Source of the DNA: an uncultured Maribacter sp.
GTDB taxonomy: Bacteria; Bacteroidota; Bacteroidia; Flavobacteriales; Flavobacteriaceae
DNA length: 64,000 bases
Assembly: GCA_964351985.1 (NCBI GenBank)
Contig: CAYGPR010000004.1
Coordinates: 67,988 to 131,987 of the forward strand
Direction: 5' to 3'
Below, piece by piece: positions 52,935 through 62,825 of the stretch. The position numbers and the translations under genes are program-made. Below the pieces are notes generated by a model. The model was not told the origin of the DNA. It did not search any database and was given only the letters and a program-made list of their open reading frames with translations. The stretch's first letter is position 1. Each line of letters begins with the position of its first letter.

Positions 52935-53300
52935 TTAAATCTTCGGATAATGGGATTGGGTCATTTTATGTTTGACATCGCCCGTATGTGCGGTATTTTG
53001 TTTCTCAAAAAGTAAAAGATGCACTTCTTCGCCATTCTTTGTCATCGGATTATGCTCGACTCCTTTCGGAACAACAATAATTTCACCTTCTTTGACAACC
53101 TCGGTTCGGTCACGGAACTGCATGTACAATGTGCCTTTCAAAACTTGAAAAAGTTCATCTTCGTTTTCATGGGCATGCCAAACGAAATCCCCTTGTATTT
53201 TGGCCAAGATGACCTGCATGTTATCAACGGTCGCTATTTGATGCGGATGCCATTGTTTACTGAAGAGGGTATGTTTCTCTTTTAAATTGATGGGTTTCAT
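52935..53300 (-). CDS. Cupin-domain protein
   Basis: 121 aa. Cupin motifs VWHAHENEDELFQVLKG and VVPKGVEHNP. Confidence 0.75.
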   Translation of the reverse strand: MKPINLKEKHTLFSKQWHPHQIATVDNMQVILAKIQGDFVWHAHENEDELFQVLKGTLYMQFRDRTEVVKEGEIIVVPKGVEHNPMTKNGEEVHLLLFEKQNTAHTGDVKHKMTQSHYPKI

Positions 53301-53310
53301 AATCTTAATA

Positions 53311-54231
53311 TTATTCTTTGTTGATTTCCGGTTGATTCTTCACTGTAAATTCGAAAATATCGTTTCTCGCATAATGCCCAATGACATCAAAGTCAAGTTT
53401 ACTTTGATTGATTTCATTTAGGTCAAGTTCAGCAACCAGAACTCCTGATTCGTTCGATAGAGGTCCCGCCAGTATTTTCCCCATGGGGGATATGATAACA
53501 CTTCCACCAGGACAAATATCTTCTTGTTCATCTTCTAACAAGTGTCGATATTTTTCAGGATACATCGATTTCGTAAAATACTGGTTGCAACCGAGTACGA
53601 AACATCTTCCCTCTAATGCGATATGTCTCATGGTGGCCAACCAAGTTTCCCTAGAATCGGCTGTTGGGGCAATATAGATTTCTACTCCTTTTTGAAACAT
53701 TGCCATGCGCGCGAAGGGCATATAATTTTCCCAACAGATGAGTCCGCCCAGTCTTCCGATTTTGGTTTGAAAGGTTGTGAGCGACTCTCCAGAAGCTTCC
53801 GCCCATATTACCCGTTCCGTTCCGGTGGGTTTTATTTTTCTATGAATGCCCAACAATCCCTTTTCCGGAGATATATAGAACATGGAACAATAGAGACTTC
53901 CATTGTCAGCTAATTTTTCAGTGGCACCGATGACCAAATAAACTCCTGTCGATTTAGATAGTTTTTCCAAAAATTTCAGGTCATCACTTTCAACATCGAT
54001 GCTATTCTCATGGTATTTTTGATATAACTTTCTACCTTCATCGGTTCGGCTGCCTACCTTGGCACCGAAAGAAAATCCGCGAGGGTAGCCGGGAATAAAC
54101 GACTCGGGAAAAACTAATAATTCACAACCTTCCTTGGCGTATTTCAAGGTCAGGTTTTCAATTTTTTCCAAAGTCTTCTTTTTGTCAAAAAAAACAGGAC
54201 TATCTTGAACTACACCGACTTTTACTTTCAT
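53311..54231 (-). CDS. Nitrilase / carbon-nitrogen hydrolase family protein
   Basis: Catalytic triad context: FPESFIPGYP (Glu), HRKIKPT (Lys), GGLICWENYMP (Cys-Trp-Glu). Confidence 0.85.
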   Translation of the reverse strand: MKVKVGVVQDSPVFFDKKKTLEKIENLTLKYAKEGCELLVFPESFIPGYPRGFSFGAKVGSRTDEGRKLYQKYHENSIDVESDDLKFLEKLSKSTGVYLVIGATEKLADNGSLYCSMFYISPEKGLLGIHRKIKPTGTERVIWAEASGESLTTFQTKIGRLGGLICWENYMPFARMAMFQKGVEIYIAPTADSRETWLATMRHIALEGRCFVLGCNQYFTKSMYPEKYRHLLEDEQEDICPGGSVIISPMGKILAGPLSNESGVLVAELDLNEINQSKLDFDVIGHYARNDIFEFTVKNQPEINKE

Positions 54232-54308
54232 TGATCATACTGTTTGAATCGAGAATGGCTAGCATGGTATTTATCCAAGATAGCGCAATTTTGCAAAAGA
54301 AATCGTTT

Positions 54309-55661
54309 CTATATCCCCAAGACGATTTTGGCGATCCAAAAATAGATCAGGATTCCAAAGATATCATTGCTGGTAGTAATGAACGGCCCGGTAGCAATAG
54401 CAGGGTCAATACCCTTTTTGTGCAGAAAAAGTGGAATAAAAGTACCAATGATTCCTGCAACGATGATAACAACGACCAATGAGATCGAGATGGCCAATGC
54501 AGTTGGAAAATTACCTTTCCACGCCCAAGTAAATAATAAGAGTACGGCGGCCAAAATCAACCCATTAAGGGTTGCCAAGAGCATCTCTTTGATCAATCGT
54601 TTTTCAATACTTCCCTTTAAATCATCATTGGCGAGACCTTGCACGATAATGGCACTTGACTGAACCCCTACATTTCCGGCCATTGCCGCGATCAACGGTG
54701 TAAAATAGAAGAGAATGGCGTGTTTGCTGATCATTTCTTCAAAGCCGCCCATAATTGCCGCTGCTCCGACACCCCCGACCAGACCTAAAAAGAGCCAAGG
54801 CAATCGTGCACGGGTTAGGTCCCAGATACTATCATCTGCCTCTACGTCTTGTGAGATACCCGCCGCCATCTGATAATCTTTTTCGGCCTCTTCCCGAATA
54901 ACGTCAACGATATCATCGATTGTGATACGGCCGACCAATCTTCCTATCTCATCAACAACGGGAATGGCCTCCAAATCATATTTACTCATGATCTTGGCGA
55001 CTTCCTCAGGCTTTTCATTAACGTTTACAGAATCCACTTTAGGAATATAGATTTCGCTAATATGGGTCTTCGTAGAAGTGGTCAGTAAATCTTTCAACGA
55101 TAATCTGCCCTTTAATTTATCTTCGTCATCGACTACATAAATGGAATGTACCCGGGTCACGTTCTCGGCTTGGGCCCTCATCTCTTTCACGCATTTTAAA
55201 ACGTCCCAATTCTCCCTTACCTTGACCAATTCTTTTGCCATAAGGCCTCCGGCCGAATTTTCATCGTAACGAAGTAAGTCTACAATGTCTTTGGCATGCG
55301 CCCTATCCTCAATTTCGGAGATGACCTCTTGTACGATTTCTTGGGGAAGTTCGGCGACAATATCGGCCGCGTCATCGGTATCCAATTCAGCCAGCTCTTC
55401 TGCGATTTCTTTTGAAGAAAGATTCGCTAAAATTGCTTCCCGAACATCTTCGTCAAGTTCGGTCAGTACATCTGACGTCTTATCGCTATCCAGTAATTTA
55501 ATAAGATATGTGGCCTTATCTTCGTTCAACTCATCGATGATCTCTGCGACATCGGCAAAATGTACCTCCTCCATAAGCGCAACCAATTTGATGTCGCTTC
55601 GGTTTTCGATCAGCTGTTCGATTTCAGCTAAAAGTTCATCTGTGAGTTTAAAGGGTGTCAT
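54309..55661 (-). CDS. mgtE: Magnesium transporter MgtE
   Basis: N-domain, tandem CBS domains and a C-terminal 5-TM MgtE domain ([16 protein letters not shown]). Overlaps the end of rsmA by 14 nt. Confidence 0.92.
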   Translation of the reverse strand: MTPFKLTDELLAEIEQLIENRSDIKLVALMEEVHFADVAEIIDELNEDKATYLIKLLDSDKTSDVLTELDEDVREAILANLSSKEIAEELAELDTDDAADIVAELPQEIVQEVISEIEDRAHAKDIVDLLRYDENSAGGLMAKELVKVRENWDVLKCVKEMRAQAENVTRVHSIYVVDDEDKLKGRLSLKDLLTTSTKTHISEIYIPKVDSVNVNEKPEEVAKIMSKYDLEAIPVVDEIGRLVGRITIDDIVDVIREEAEKDYQMAAGISQDVEADDSIWDLTRARLPWLFLGLVGGVGAAAIMGGFEEMISKHAILFYFTPLIAAMAGNVGVQSSAIIVQGLANDDLKGSIEKRLIKEMLLATLNGLILAAVLLLFTWAWKGNFPTALAISISLVVVIIVAGIIGTFIPLFLHKKGIDPAIATGPFITTSNDIFGILIYFWIAKIVLGI

Positions 55662-56511
55662 CTGCTATCTTCTTCGTAAGAGCGATAAAATCGGCTACGG
55701 CCAATTGCTCTGGGCGAAGGTCAAAGATAGCATCTTCTTTGAGATTATCGGAAAGCTCCAATGTTTTTAAACTATTACGTAGGGTCTTACGGCGTTGGTT
55801 GAACGCAGTTTTTACCACCCGGAAAAATAGACTTTCATTACAATTCAGGGCAACCTCTTTTTTTCGTGTGAGACGCAGTACACCCGAATTAACTTTTGGG
55901 GGTGGGTCGAAAACCGTAGGAGGAACTGAGAATAAATACTCTGCCTCGTAAAATGCTTGTACCAGAACGGAAAGAATACCGTAGGTTTTATTGCCAGAGG
56001 ATGAACAGATACGTTCGGCCACTTCTTTTTGGAACATTCCAGAAAATTCTGGAACTAGATAACGATATTCCAACATCTTGAAAACGATCTGGGTAGATAT
56101 GTTGTACGGAAAATTACCCGTGATGGCGAATTGTTCCTCACCAAAAAGAGTGGGGAGGTCATAATTTAAAAAATCGGCCTCTATAACGCGTAACGAGTCA
56201 ATTTTTTTTAGTATTTCAGGATGATCTAATGGAAAACTATGGTTGAGATAGGTAATCGATTCGGTGTCGAGATCCACGGCGACCAAATTCAAATCACGTA
56301 GTAAGAGATATTTTGTAAGTACGCCCGTACCAGGGCCGATTTCTATAACATTATGGTATCCTTTTAAAGAAAGGGTCTGTGCAATTTGTTGGGCAATACC
56401 CTCATCTTTTAAAAAATGCTGGCCCAGATATTTTTTTGCCTTTACGGGGCCTTTGCTATGACGCTGACCCTGATGTGATTTCCCGAACGGTTTTTTCTTT
56501 CTTTTGGACAT
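55648..56511 (-). CDS. rsmA: 16S rRNA (adenine1518/1519-N6)-dimethyltransferase
   Basis: [12 protein letters not shown] motif [19 protein letters not shown]. Confidence 0.92.
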   Translation of the reverse strand: MSKRKKKPFGKSHQGQRHSKGPVKAKKYLGQHFLKDEGIAQQIAQTLSLKGYHNVIEIGPGTGVLTKYLLLRDLNLVAVDLDTESITYLNHSFPLDHPEILKKIDSLRVIEADFLNYDLPTLFGEEQFAITGNFPYNISTQIVFKMLEYRYLVPEFSGMFQKEVAERICSSSGNKTYGILSVLVQAFYEAEYLFSVPPTVFDPPPKVNSGVLRLTRKKEVALNCNESLFFRVVKTAFNQRRKTLRNSLKTLELSDNLKEDAIFDLRPEQLAVADFIALTKKIADDTL

Positions 56512-56530
56512 TTACTCGATAATCGAGATT
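56511..56530. repeat. Repeat unit B (TTTACTCGATAATCGAGATT), copy 2
   Basis: Identical 20-mer to 9135-9154. Abuts the rsmA start codon. Confidence 0.8.
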
Positions 56531-56549
56531 AAAAAAGAGGCTTGCCTCT
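56531..56549 (-). terminator. Weak terminator-like hairpin after the DUF4286-GGCT gene
   Basis: The minus-strand RNA reads AGAGG-caag-CCUCU followed by UUUUUU. The stem is only 5 bp. Confidence 0.3.
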
Positions 56550-56580
56550 AAATTAAAATGTTTACTTCTTTAAAATATTT

Positions 56581-56607
56581 CGCGGACTTGCCCCCGAGGT
56601 AGTTTAC
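56581..56607. repeat. Repeat unit C, partial copy 3 (CGCGGACTTGCCCCCGAGGTAGTTTAC)
   Basis: Shares CTTGCCCC(R)AGGTAGTTTA with 50464-50482 and 9236-9253. Overlaps the stop codon of the 56604-57257 gene. Confidence 0.6.
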
Positions 56608-57257
56608 TTTTCTTGGGAATTTTTGGTTGTGCCGAGATAGACCCATGCTTTTTTACCGGATGCCAAGCGTACTTGTTTTCTAATATATTCTTGACCCTCG
56701 TAAAAATCTGCTGCCAAAAGTTCGTCTGGCGTTAAAACGTAACATATTCCGGCAACGGTGTCTTCCTCATTTTCTGTATGGGTGATAGTCGGATACGCAT
56801 TTGCGATTTTTATTTCTGAAATTTTATGACCCCTTAAGATATCTTGTGCTCCTTCTAGCGTTCTAGAGAAATGAGCCATTTGTATCGTTTCGTCCTGCAG
56901 GGTTCCATAGGTAAAAAGGTATTGGGTGGCACTTCCCTTTTCATTCCGGTGCTCGCTGACAACCTCCATTTCGGTGCGAAAGGAAACAAATTTTCCGGCA
57001 AATCGTTTTTGAACATCTTGTCTTAATCTTGCCGCATCTTCTTTATAGTATTGGCTCAAAGTATCTTTGTCAATGGTAGTGAATTGCACCGAATAGGTAA
57101 TACCACCCATTTCTTCTTCGACCAAGACCCTGCTCATCTTGGCATTCAAGAATTTCCCCGTCGCCAAGACATCTGAAATATGGGTTTCCTTCATCCATTT
57201 CACCCATTCGTCATGAACGGATTCTTCGATATTCGTGGTTACGTTGTAGATGTACAT
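56604..57257 (-). CDS. Fusion protein: N-terminal DUF4286 + C-terminal gamma-glutamylcyclotransferase-like (AIG2/GGACT) domain
   Basis: The N-terminal ~100 aa (MYIYNVTTNIEESVHDEWVKWMKETHI...) is DUF4286-like. The C-terminal part has YLFTYGTLQD and ...FYEGQEYIRKQV, typical of the GGCT-like fold. Confidence 0.6.
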   Translation of the reverse strand: MYIYNVTTNIEESVHDEWVKWMKETHISDVLATGKFLNAKMSRVLVEEEMGGITYSVQFTTIDKDTLSQYYKEDAARLRQDVQKRFAGKFVSFRTEMEVVSEHRNEKGSATQYLFTYGTLQDETIQMAHFSRTLEGAQDILRGHKISEIKIANAYPTITHTENEEDTVAGICYVLTPDELLAADFYEGQEYIRKQVRLASGKKAWVYLGTTKNSQEK

Positions 57258-57267
57258 TCTTGTCTGT

Positions 57268-57320
57268 TCGAGCGCAGTCGAGAACTACCTGTTGTATAAA
57301 TAGGTCTCGACTGCGCTCGA
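57268..57320. repeat. Perfect 16-bp inverted repeat TCGAGCGCAGTCGAGA / TCTCGACTGCGCTCGA with 21-nt spacer
   Basis: Arms at 57268-57283 and 57305-57320, intergenic between the TPR gene stop and the DUF4286 gene start. No U-tract, so it is REP-like rather than a classical terminator. Confidence 0.85.
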
Positions 57321-57339
57321 CCTGCCAGGCGAATATGAT

Positions 57340-59127
57340 TCAATTCACGGCATCTCCCCTTAGCATTCTAAACGTTTTCCGCGCCTGCGGAAAATAATAG
57401 CTATCCTGATAATTATAGATGATCTTTTCATAATGCTCCTTTGCTTTTTCAGGCTCGTTGAGCACTTTTCGATAAAGTTCGGCGAGGGCGAAGTGGGCAT
57501 CGTCGGCCAAAATTCCGTTTCCGTAGAATTCGGTTATTTTTTGGTAATTGAACTTGGCGGCCTCGTAGTCTTTTGTAGCTTCCAAAAGTTCGCCCTGCTT
57601 TAAGAGTGCTTCATCCTCTATTTTTTCTCCTTTGTGTTCTTGAAGAATGGTTTCTAATTCGGCTATGGCTTCCTTCGTTTTGTTTTGATAGGCCAACAAA
57701 TCGGCGCGTGCGTATTTTTTCAATGCGGTCCGCGTAGAATCTTCAAGAGAATTATCCGATATCAAAAGACTCAATTGCATCGCATCGTTCGCGATCAACT
57801 GTGAAGTCGACCCCCGAAGCACTTTGAGCTGTGTCAAGGCCCAATCAAAATCTCCTTTGTAGAAACTTGTCTGTGCTACTTTGTACCGGGCGTTTTGGCC
57901 CATAACATCATTTTTGAGCTTTTTTTGGATTTGGGAAAAATAGATGAGGGCCTCATTGAATTTTTTATCGAATACCAAAATATCGCCCAAGGCCAATTTT
58001 ATATAGGCTATGCCGCGCTCGTTCAGGGGAAGTTCCAAACTTTTTTTGAGCATATCGATTGCCGGTTCGGGAGTATCTTTTCTAAAGGTCAAAAAGTTCG
58101 CATAGGCCACTTGAAGCTGTAACGTTTGACTTTTATAGCCGTGAATATTCGTGAGCTCTTCGTATCGTTTTTGAATGACGTCCAACTTTTTGTTATCTGC
58201 ATCGAGCAGTTGAATATCGATAAGGTTCAGTTCGGCATCAAGTTGGGTCACTTCGTTGTTCGTATTGGCAATGATGTACTCATAGATTTCGGTTGCCGTC
58301 GGTATGGCATCATTTTCAAAAGCCATATCGGCCAACCCTTCTAGACGCTGCACGGAACTGGCATCGGTTCGTTTGTAAATGGCCTTTTCTTGCCGAAATG
58401 CACTATCGTACTGTTGTTGCTGTACAAATAGCCAGCTCAAAAGTTCGTTCCATAAGATATTAGGATTCTTTTGGGCGTTTTGAAGCAGTATGCGCTTTAG
58501 TTTTATGTTGTTCTCGTTTTCGGGATCGCTTGAAATAAAATCGTCGATACCTCGAAGAATATTTGATTTTGATGCTTTGCCCTCACCAATTAAGGTAAGA
58601 TAGGCTTCGTACATTTTTTCTATATCTCCTTGTTCGCCGTAGATGCGGGCCTTTTGATAATTGTAGTCCAGTTGCGGATTGAGTTCCATGGCCCTTGAAT
58701 ACGCTTTCAGCGCATAATCGAGCAGGGCGTATTGTTGGAATTTGAACCCGAGGCCGTAACCGAAATTAGGATTTTCGTCGATCTTCAAAATCGCCCTATC
58801 GTAATACGTAGTGGCCTTTACAGGTTCGTCTTGTAGCGTATAATTGTAGCCCAGTTCCACAAAAAGGGTAGGGTATGGATTGCCTTCATCGACTTTCTTT
58901 AGAAGGAAATCCTCAGCATCGGTATAACGTTCCAGTTGTTGGTAACAGGCAACCAACCCTTCGGCATAATCGGTTCTGCGGGGGTCCCTATCGACCAGTT
59001 TTTCATAGAAGACGACCGCTTTTTCGAAATCGCCATCGGCAAAGTATTGTTTTGCCAAGAAATCGTCTTGAGCAAAAGTGGAGGTTAGAAGTACGAGGTA
59101 CGAAATTAAAAGTATTAGTTTTCGCAT
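57340..59127 (-). CDS. Tetratricopeptide-repeat (TPR) protein, secreted
   Basis: Signal peptide MRKLILLISYLVLLTSTFAQ. TPR-like helical repeats throughout (YF..GDF.KA...YE). Confidence 0.75.
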   Translation of the reverse strand: MRKLILLISYLVLLTSTFAQDDFLAKQYFADGDFEKAVVFYEKLVDRDPRRTDYAEGLVACYQQLERYTDAEDFLLKKVDEGNPYPTLFVELGYNYTLQDEPVKATTYYDRAILKIDENPNFGYGLGFKFQQYALLDYALKAYSRAMELNPQLDYNYQKARIYGEQGDIEKMYEAYLTLIGEGKASKSNILRGIDDFISSDPENENNIKLKRILLQNAQKNPNILWNELLSWLFVQQQQYDSAFRQEKAIYKRTDASSVQRLEGLADMAFENDAIPTATEIYEYIIANTNNEVTQLDAELNLIDIQLLDADNKKLDVIQKRYEELTNIHGYKSQTLQLQVAYANFLTFRKDTPEPAIDMLKKSLELPLNERGIAYIKLALGDILVFDKKFNEALIYFSQIQKKLKNDVMGQNARYKVAQTSFYKGDFDWALTQLKVLRGSTSQLIANDAMQLSLLISDNSLEDSTRTALKKYARADLLAYQNKTKEAIAELETILQEHKGEKIEDEALLKQGELLEATKDYEAAKFNYQKITEFYGNGILADDAHFALAELYRKVLNEPEKAKEHYEKIIYNYQDSYYFPQARKTFRMLRGDAVN

Positions 59128-59172
59128 ATATCAAAGATACGCAGATTGCCGAAAGATGGTGTTAAGGGCATC

Positions 59173-60444
59173 TTAATCAATCATCTCAAAACCGCAATAA
59201 GGAACCAGTACTTCTGGAATTCGAATTCCGTCAGCGGTCTGACAATTTTCTAAAATTCCTGCCAAAACCCTGGGCAGTGCTAAAGAACTTCCATTTAGTG
59301 TATGCGCCAATTGACTTTTGCCGTTTTCATCTTTATAGCGCAGCTTTAGACGATTCGCCTGATAGGTCTCGAAATTGGAGACCGAACTAATTTCTAGCCA
59401 ACGGTCTTGTGCCGTACTGAAGACTTCAAAATCATAGGTCAGGGCAGATGTAAATCCGAGATCGCCACCGCAGAGTCGTAGTAGGCGATAGGGTAATTTT
59501 AGTTCACGAAGAATGTTTTTTACATGTTCAACCATGCCGTCCAAGGCTTTATATGAATTGTCGGGATGTTCTACCCGTACAATTTCAACCTTATCGAATT
59601 GATGAAGTCGATTGAGACCACGTACGTGGGCACCATAACTCCCTGCTTCCCTTCGAAAGCAAGGTGTGTACCCTGTAAGACAAATGGGAAAATCGCTTTC
59701 GTTCAATATGACGTCCCTAAAAATATTCGTCACTGGTACCTCGGCGGTAGGAATCAAATAGAGGTCATCTTCCCCAACGTGGTACATTTGGCCTTCCTTA
59801 TCGGGCAATTGACCCGTGCCAAAACCTGAGGCGGCATTGACCAAATGCGGTACCTGTATTTCGGTGTAGCCCGCTTCGGTATTCTTGTCAAGAAAATAAG
59901 AAATTAGGGCTCGCTGCAAACGCGCTCCTTTACCTTTATACACAGGAAACCCTGCACCGGTTATTTTTACGCCAAGTTCGAAATCGATGATATCGTATTT
60001 TTTTGCCAGTTCCCAATGGGGAAGGGCATCGGTGTTCAAAATGGGAATCTCTCCCTCTTTAAAGACTTCTAAGTTATCTTCCTCAGAACTTCCTGCGGGA
60101 ACCGAAACGTGGGGAACATTCGGAATTTGGTATAACACATTTTGAAGTTCTTCGGCCGCACTGTTCAGAACCTCGCCCAAATGTTTCGATTCTTCCTTCA
60201 AGGCTCCCGTCTTTTCTTTGAGTACATTGGCTTCTTCAGCTTTGCCGCTTTTAAAAAGTTCACCGATCTCTTTCGAGAGTTTGTTGCTTTCGGCCAGAAT
60301 ATTGTCAAGTTGTGTCTGGGTTGCACGACGTTTTTCATCCAACTGAATAACACTTTCAATCAAGGGAGCGGCATCGATGTTCCTTTTTTTGAGCGCGGTA
60401 ATGACTCCATTCTTGGTATCTCGAATTGCCTGTAGTTGCAACAT
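59173..60444 (-). CDS. serS: Serine--tRNA ligase
   Basis: N-terminal coiled-coil arm. Class II motifs (FRREAGS, GSSLALPR). Confidence 0.95.
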   Translation of the reverse strand: MLQLQAIRDTKNGVITALKKRNIDAAPLIESVIQLDEKRRATQTQLDNILAESNKLSKEIGELFKSGKAEEANVLKEKTGALKEESKHLGEVLNSAAEELQNVLYQIPNVPHVSVPAGSSEEDNLEVFKEGEIPILNTDALPHWELAKKYDIIDFELGVKITGAGFPVYKGKGARLQRALISYFLDKNTEAGYTEIQVPHLVNAASGFGTGQLPDKEGQMYHVGEDDLYLIPTAEVPVTNIFRDVILNESDFPICLTGYTPCFRREAGSYGAHVRGLNRLHQFDKVEIVRVEHPDNSYKALDGMVEHVKNILRELKLPYRLLRLCGGDLGFTSALTYDFEVFSTAQDRWLEISSVSNFETYQANRLKLRYKDENGKSQLAHTLNGSSLALPRVLAGILENCQTADGIRIPEVLVPYCGFEMID

Positions 60445-60464
60445 TCTTGTATTGTTTTATTGAA

Positions 60465-60472
60465 CAAATTTA
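60465..60472 (-). promoter_or_regulatory. -7 promoter box (TAAATTTG on minus strand) for serS
   Basis: The plus strand reads CAAATTTA, 20 nt upstream of the ATG at 60444. Confidence 0.4.
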
Positions 60473-60514
60473 AGGTAATCCGATGATTTCGGAACTAAAA
60501 CGTTCTTTAAAAAC

Positions 60515-61846
60515 TTAGAGATGACTTTTGTCTTTAAGTTGAGATGGCAAAATCCATTCGTGGTGGGTAAAATGTTGCCATGGGGTGTTGGCCAAATCAA
60601 TTTCAGGATTGATGAAAGTGCGCAAAGGCCTACCGTTAACGCTTATTTTCGAGTTCACGAATACGGAAACATCCTGCCCTTTTATAGTATATTCCTTTTT
60701 TAAACGTTGTGCGAATTGCCAAATAAAGTCTGGATAGGCCGCTATTCTTCTTTTTTGTTTTTTGGTGAGATAGTCATCAAGGTCAACAATTTTTGAAACG
60801 CCTGTCTTAATGTCCAAAACAGTAAAATCAATATTCCCGGCACGGCTTCGCAGCATCATGCGCCAGCTGAGGCGATGTCCCTCTTCCGTCCACAAAACTT
60901 CGTCTTTTAAAAAATGTTGCCGAAGCGGCAAGGCGAATTGAATCAGAAAATAAACTCCACCTAACCCCAGTATGACATTTTTGTAAGATGGAACTTGAAT
61001 TTCACCACCCGCGTAGGGTTCTTTTTTCTTGAAGAATATCTTCCTGATAACTTCAGGCTCGAAAAAGAACACCGTGAAGGCCAATGACAAATAGGGGAAT
61101 ATTCCGATTTGAAAAACTATCGAATTGAAAAGATGGAAAAAAATGGAAATGACAAAAGCGACCTTACGGGTCGGTTTCCATAATAATGCCGGAATAATTA
61201 GAAAATCGAATAAAATTCCAAAGATACCAACGACTTTATGAACCCATGCCTCTTGCAGCAAAACACCGATAATAGGGTAATCTGCCTTATCGAGCATTAA
61301 TATCCTAACGATGCCGAAATCAAGCCAGTCACCATATAATTTGGCTATCGAGGCGTACGTGTAGACGATAAAAAGTTGCAAGACAACGGCCCATTTAACA
61401 TAGCTATGCATATAATCGTGCCGCAATGCCGGATTTTGTCTTGTATCTAGGGAATAGCCTCGATTTGCGGGAAAAAAGCACATGAACAACGAAATCAATA
61501 TCAATAGATAATAATGATTGTTGTACGATGATTTCTGCATCAGGTAAACGGCGGTCCATAATATCGTGAACGAGATAATACTGAACCTGTATTTGTATCC
61601 GAGGGCGATACAGACCCCTAAGGTACCCATAATGAAAAAATAGAAGTACATGCCATTTCCAGGAAGCGGCTGTAACCATTCAAAACCGATAAAGGAGAAT
61701 GTGAATTGCGGTTCTACCAAGGTTCTTCTGATCCAACCCGTTACGATGGCACCGTAGCATTCTAGGGCCACCAATATTCCGAAGAAAATCCTGAAAATCA
61801 ATAAGGGTGAGTTATCGATTTTTGTAAAAAGAAAACGATTCAGCAT
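60515..61846 (-). CDS. HTTM-domain (vitamin K-dependent gamma-carboxylase-like) integral membrane protein
   Basis: The N-terminus IDNSPLLIFRIFFGILVALECYGAI...FTFSFIGFEWLQPLP is typical of HTTM. Multiple TM segments plus a C-terminal soluble part. The ATG at 61846 overlaps the ribF TGA (TGATG). Confidence 0.8.
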   Translation of the reverse strand: MLNRFLFTKIDNSPLLIFRIFFGILVALECYGAIVTGWIRRTLVEPQFTFSFIGFEWLQPLPGNGMYFYFFIMGTLGVCIALGYKYRFSIISFTILWTAVYLMQKSSYNNHYYLLILISLFMCFFPANRGYSLDTRQNPALRHDYMHSYVKWAVVLQLFIVYTYASIAKLYGDWLDFGIVRILMLDKADYPIIGVLLQEAWVHKVVGIFGILFDFLIIPALLWKPTRKVAFVISIFFHLFNSIVFQIGIFPYLSLAFTVFFFEPEVIRKIFFKKKEPYAGGEIQVPSYKNVILGLGGVYFLIQFALPLRQHFLKDEVLWTEEGHRLSWRMMLRSRAGNIDFTVLDIKTGVSKIVDLDDYLTKKQKRRIAAYPDFIWQFAQRLKKEYTIKGQDVSVFVNSKISVNGRPLRTFINPEIDLANTPWQHFTHHEWILPSQLKDKSHL

Positions 61847-62772
61847 CACCTCAAAATTAAATCGAACGAGGTTTGCTTATCGTTCAGTAATTGATTCTTC
61901 AGTGCGTCGATCGAATCGAATTTGACCTCGTCGCGAAGCCTATGCATGATATCTACCCGGATTTCCTCTTCGTAAAGGTCTTGGTCAAAATCGAAAAAAT
62001 GGACTTCGATACTTTGCTCGGTGCCTTCGACGGTGGGGTTGAACCCAATATTCATCATGCCATGAACCGTCGATGGTCCAATTTTGCTTTTCACCACGTA
62101 GACCCCATTTTTGGGAATAAGTTTATAACTTTCTTTAATATGGATATTCGCCGTGGGGAAGCCTAGTTGTTTTCCCAGCCCCTTTCCTTTGATGACCTTA
62201 CCTGTCAACATATAGTTATAGCCTAAATATTTGTTTGCGGTTTCTATGGCTCCTTCGCCTAGGGCCTTTCTTATTTTGGTGGAACTTACCGAGACATCAT
62301 CCACTTCCTGCGCCGTTATTTCTTCGACCTGAAAATCAAAGGTGCTTCCGAAGGCTCTTAAATCAGTAATATTGGCATTTCTGTTTCGACCAAATCGATG
62401 GTCGTAGCCAATAATTATTTTCTTCATTTTCAAGGTATTGACCAAATTGTCGCGTACAAATTCCGTGGCGGTCAATCGTGAAAAGTCTTTGGTAAAAGGA
62501 TGGATGATAAGATAGTCCAATCCCAATTGCTTCAGGATCTGTGATTTTTCATCAATGGTATTTAGCAATTTAATATCGGCATCTTTTTGCAGTACCATTC
62601 TTGGATGGGGAAAGAACGTGAGCACGGTCGATTTCAAATGCAGTTCTTGAGCCGACCGAATTACGCGTTGCAAAATTTTACGGTGGCCCACATGAACTCC
62701 ATCAAAGGTTCCAATGGTAAGGACCGTAGGGTGTTCTTCATCGAATTTAGATATACTTTGAACTGTTAGCAC
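61846..62772 (-). CDS. ribF: Bifunctional riboflavin kinase / FMN adenylyltransferase
   Basis: GTFDGVHVGH nucleotidyltransferase motif. C-terminal riboflavin kinase (GFPTANI, EVHFFDF). Confidence 0.95.
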   Translation of the reverse strand: MLTVQSISKFDEEHPTVLTIGTFDGVHVGHRKILQRVIRSAQELHLKSTVLTFFPHPRMVLQKDADIKLLNTIDEKSQILKQLGLDYLIIHPFTKDFSRLTATEFVRDNLVNTLKMKKIIIGYDHRFGRNRNANITDLRAFGSTFDFQVEEITAQEVDDVSVSSTKIRKALGEGAIETANKYLGYNYMLTGKVIKGKGLGKQLGFPTANIHIKESYKLIPKNGVYVVKSKIGPSTVHGMMNIGFNPTVEGTEQSIEVHFFDFDQDLYEEEIRVDIMHRLRDEVKFDSIDALKNQLLNDKQTSFDLILR

Positions 62773-62796
62773 TTAAGCGGGATAATAAAAAAGAGT

Positions 62797-62804
62797 TATA
62801 TTTG
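62797..62804 (+). promoter_or_regulatory. -7 promoter box TATATTTG
   Basis: Matches TAnnTTTG, 21 nt upstream of the ATG at 62826. Confidence 0.4.
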
Positions 62805-62825
62805 ATTTTGGCTAAAAACCCCTTG

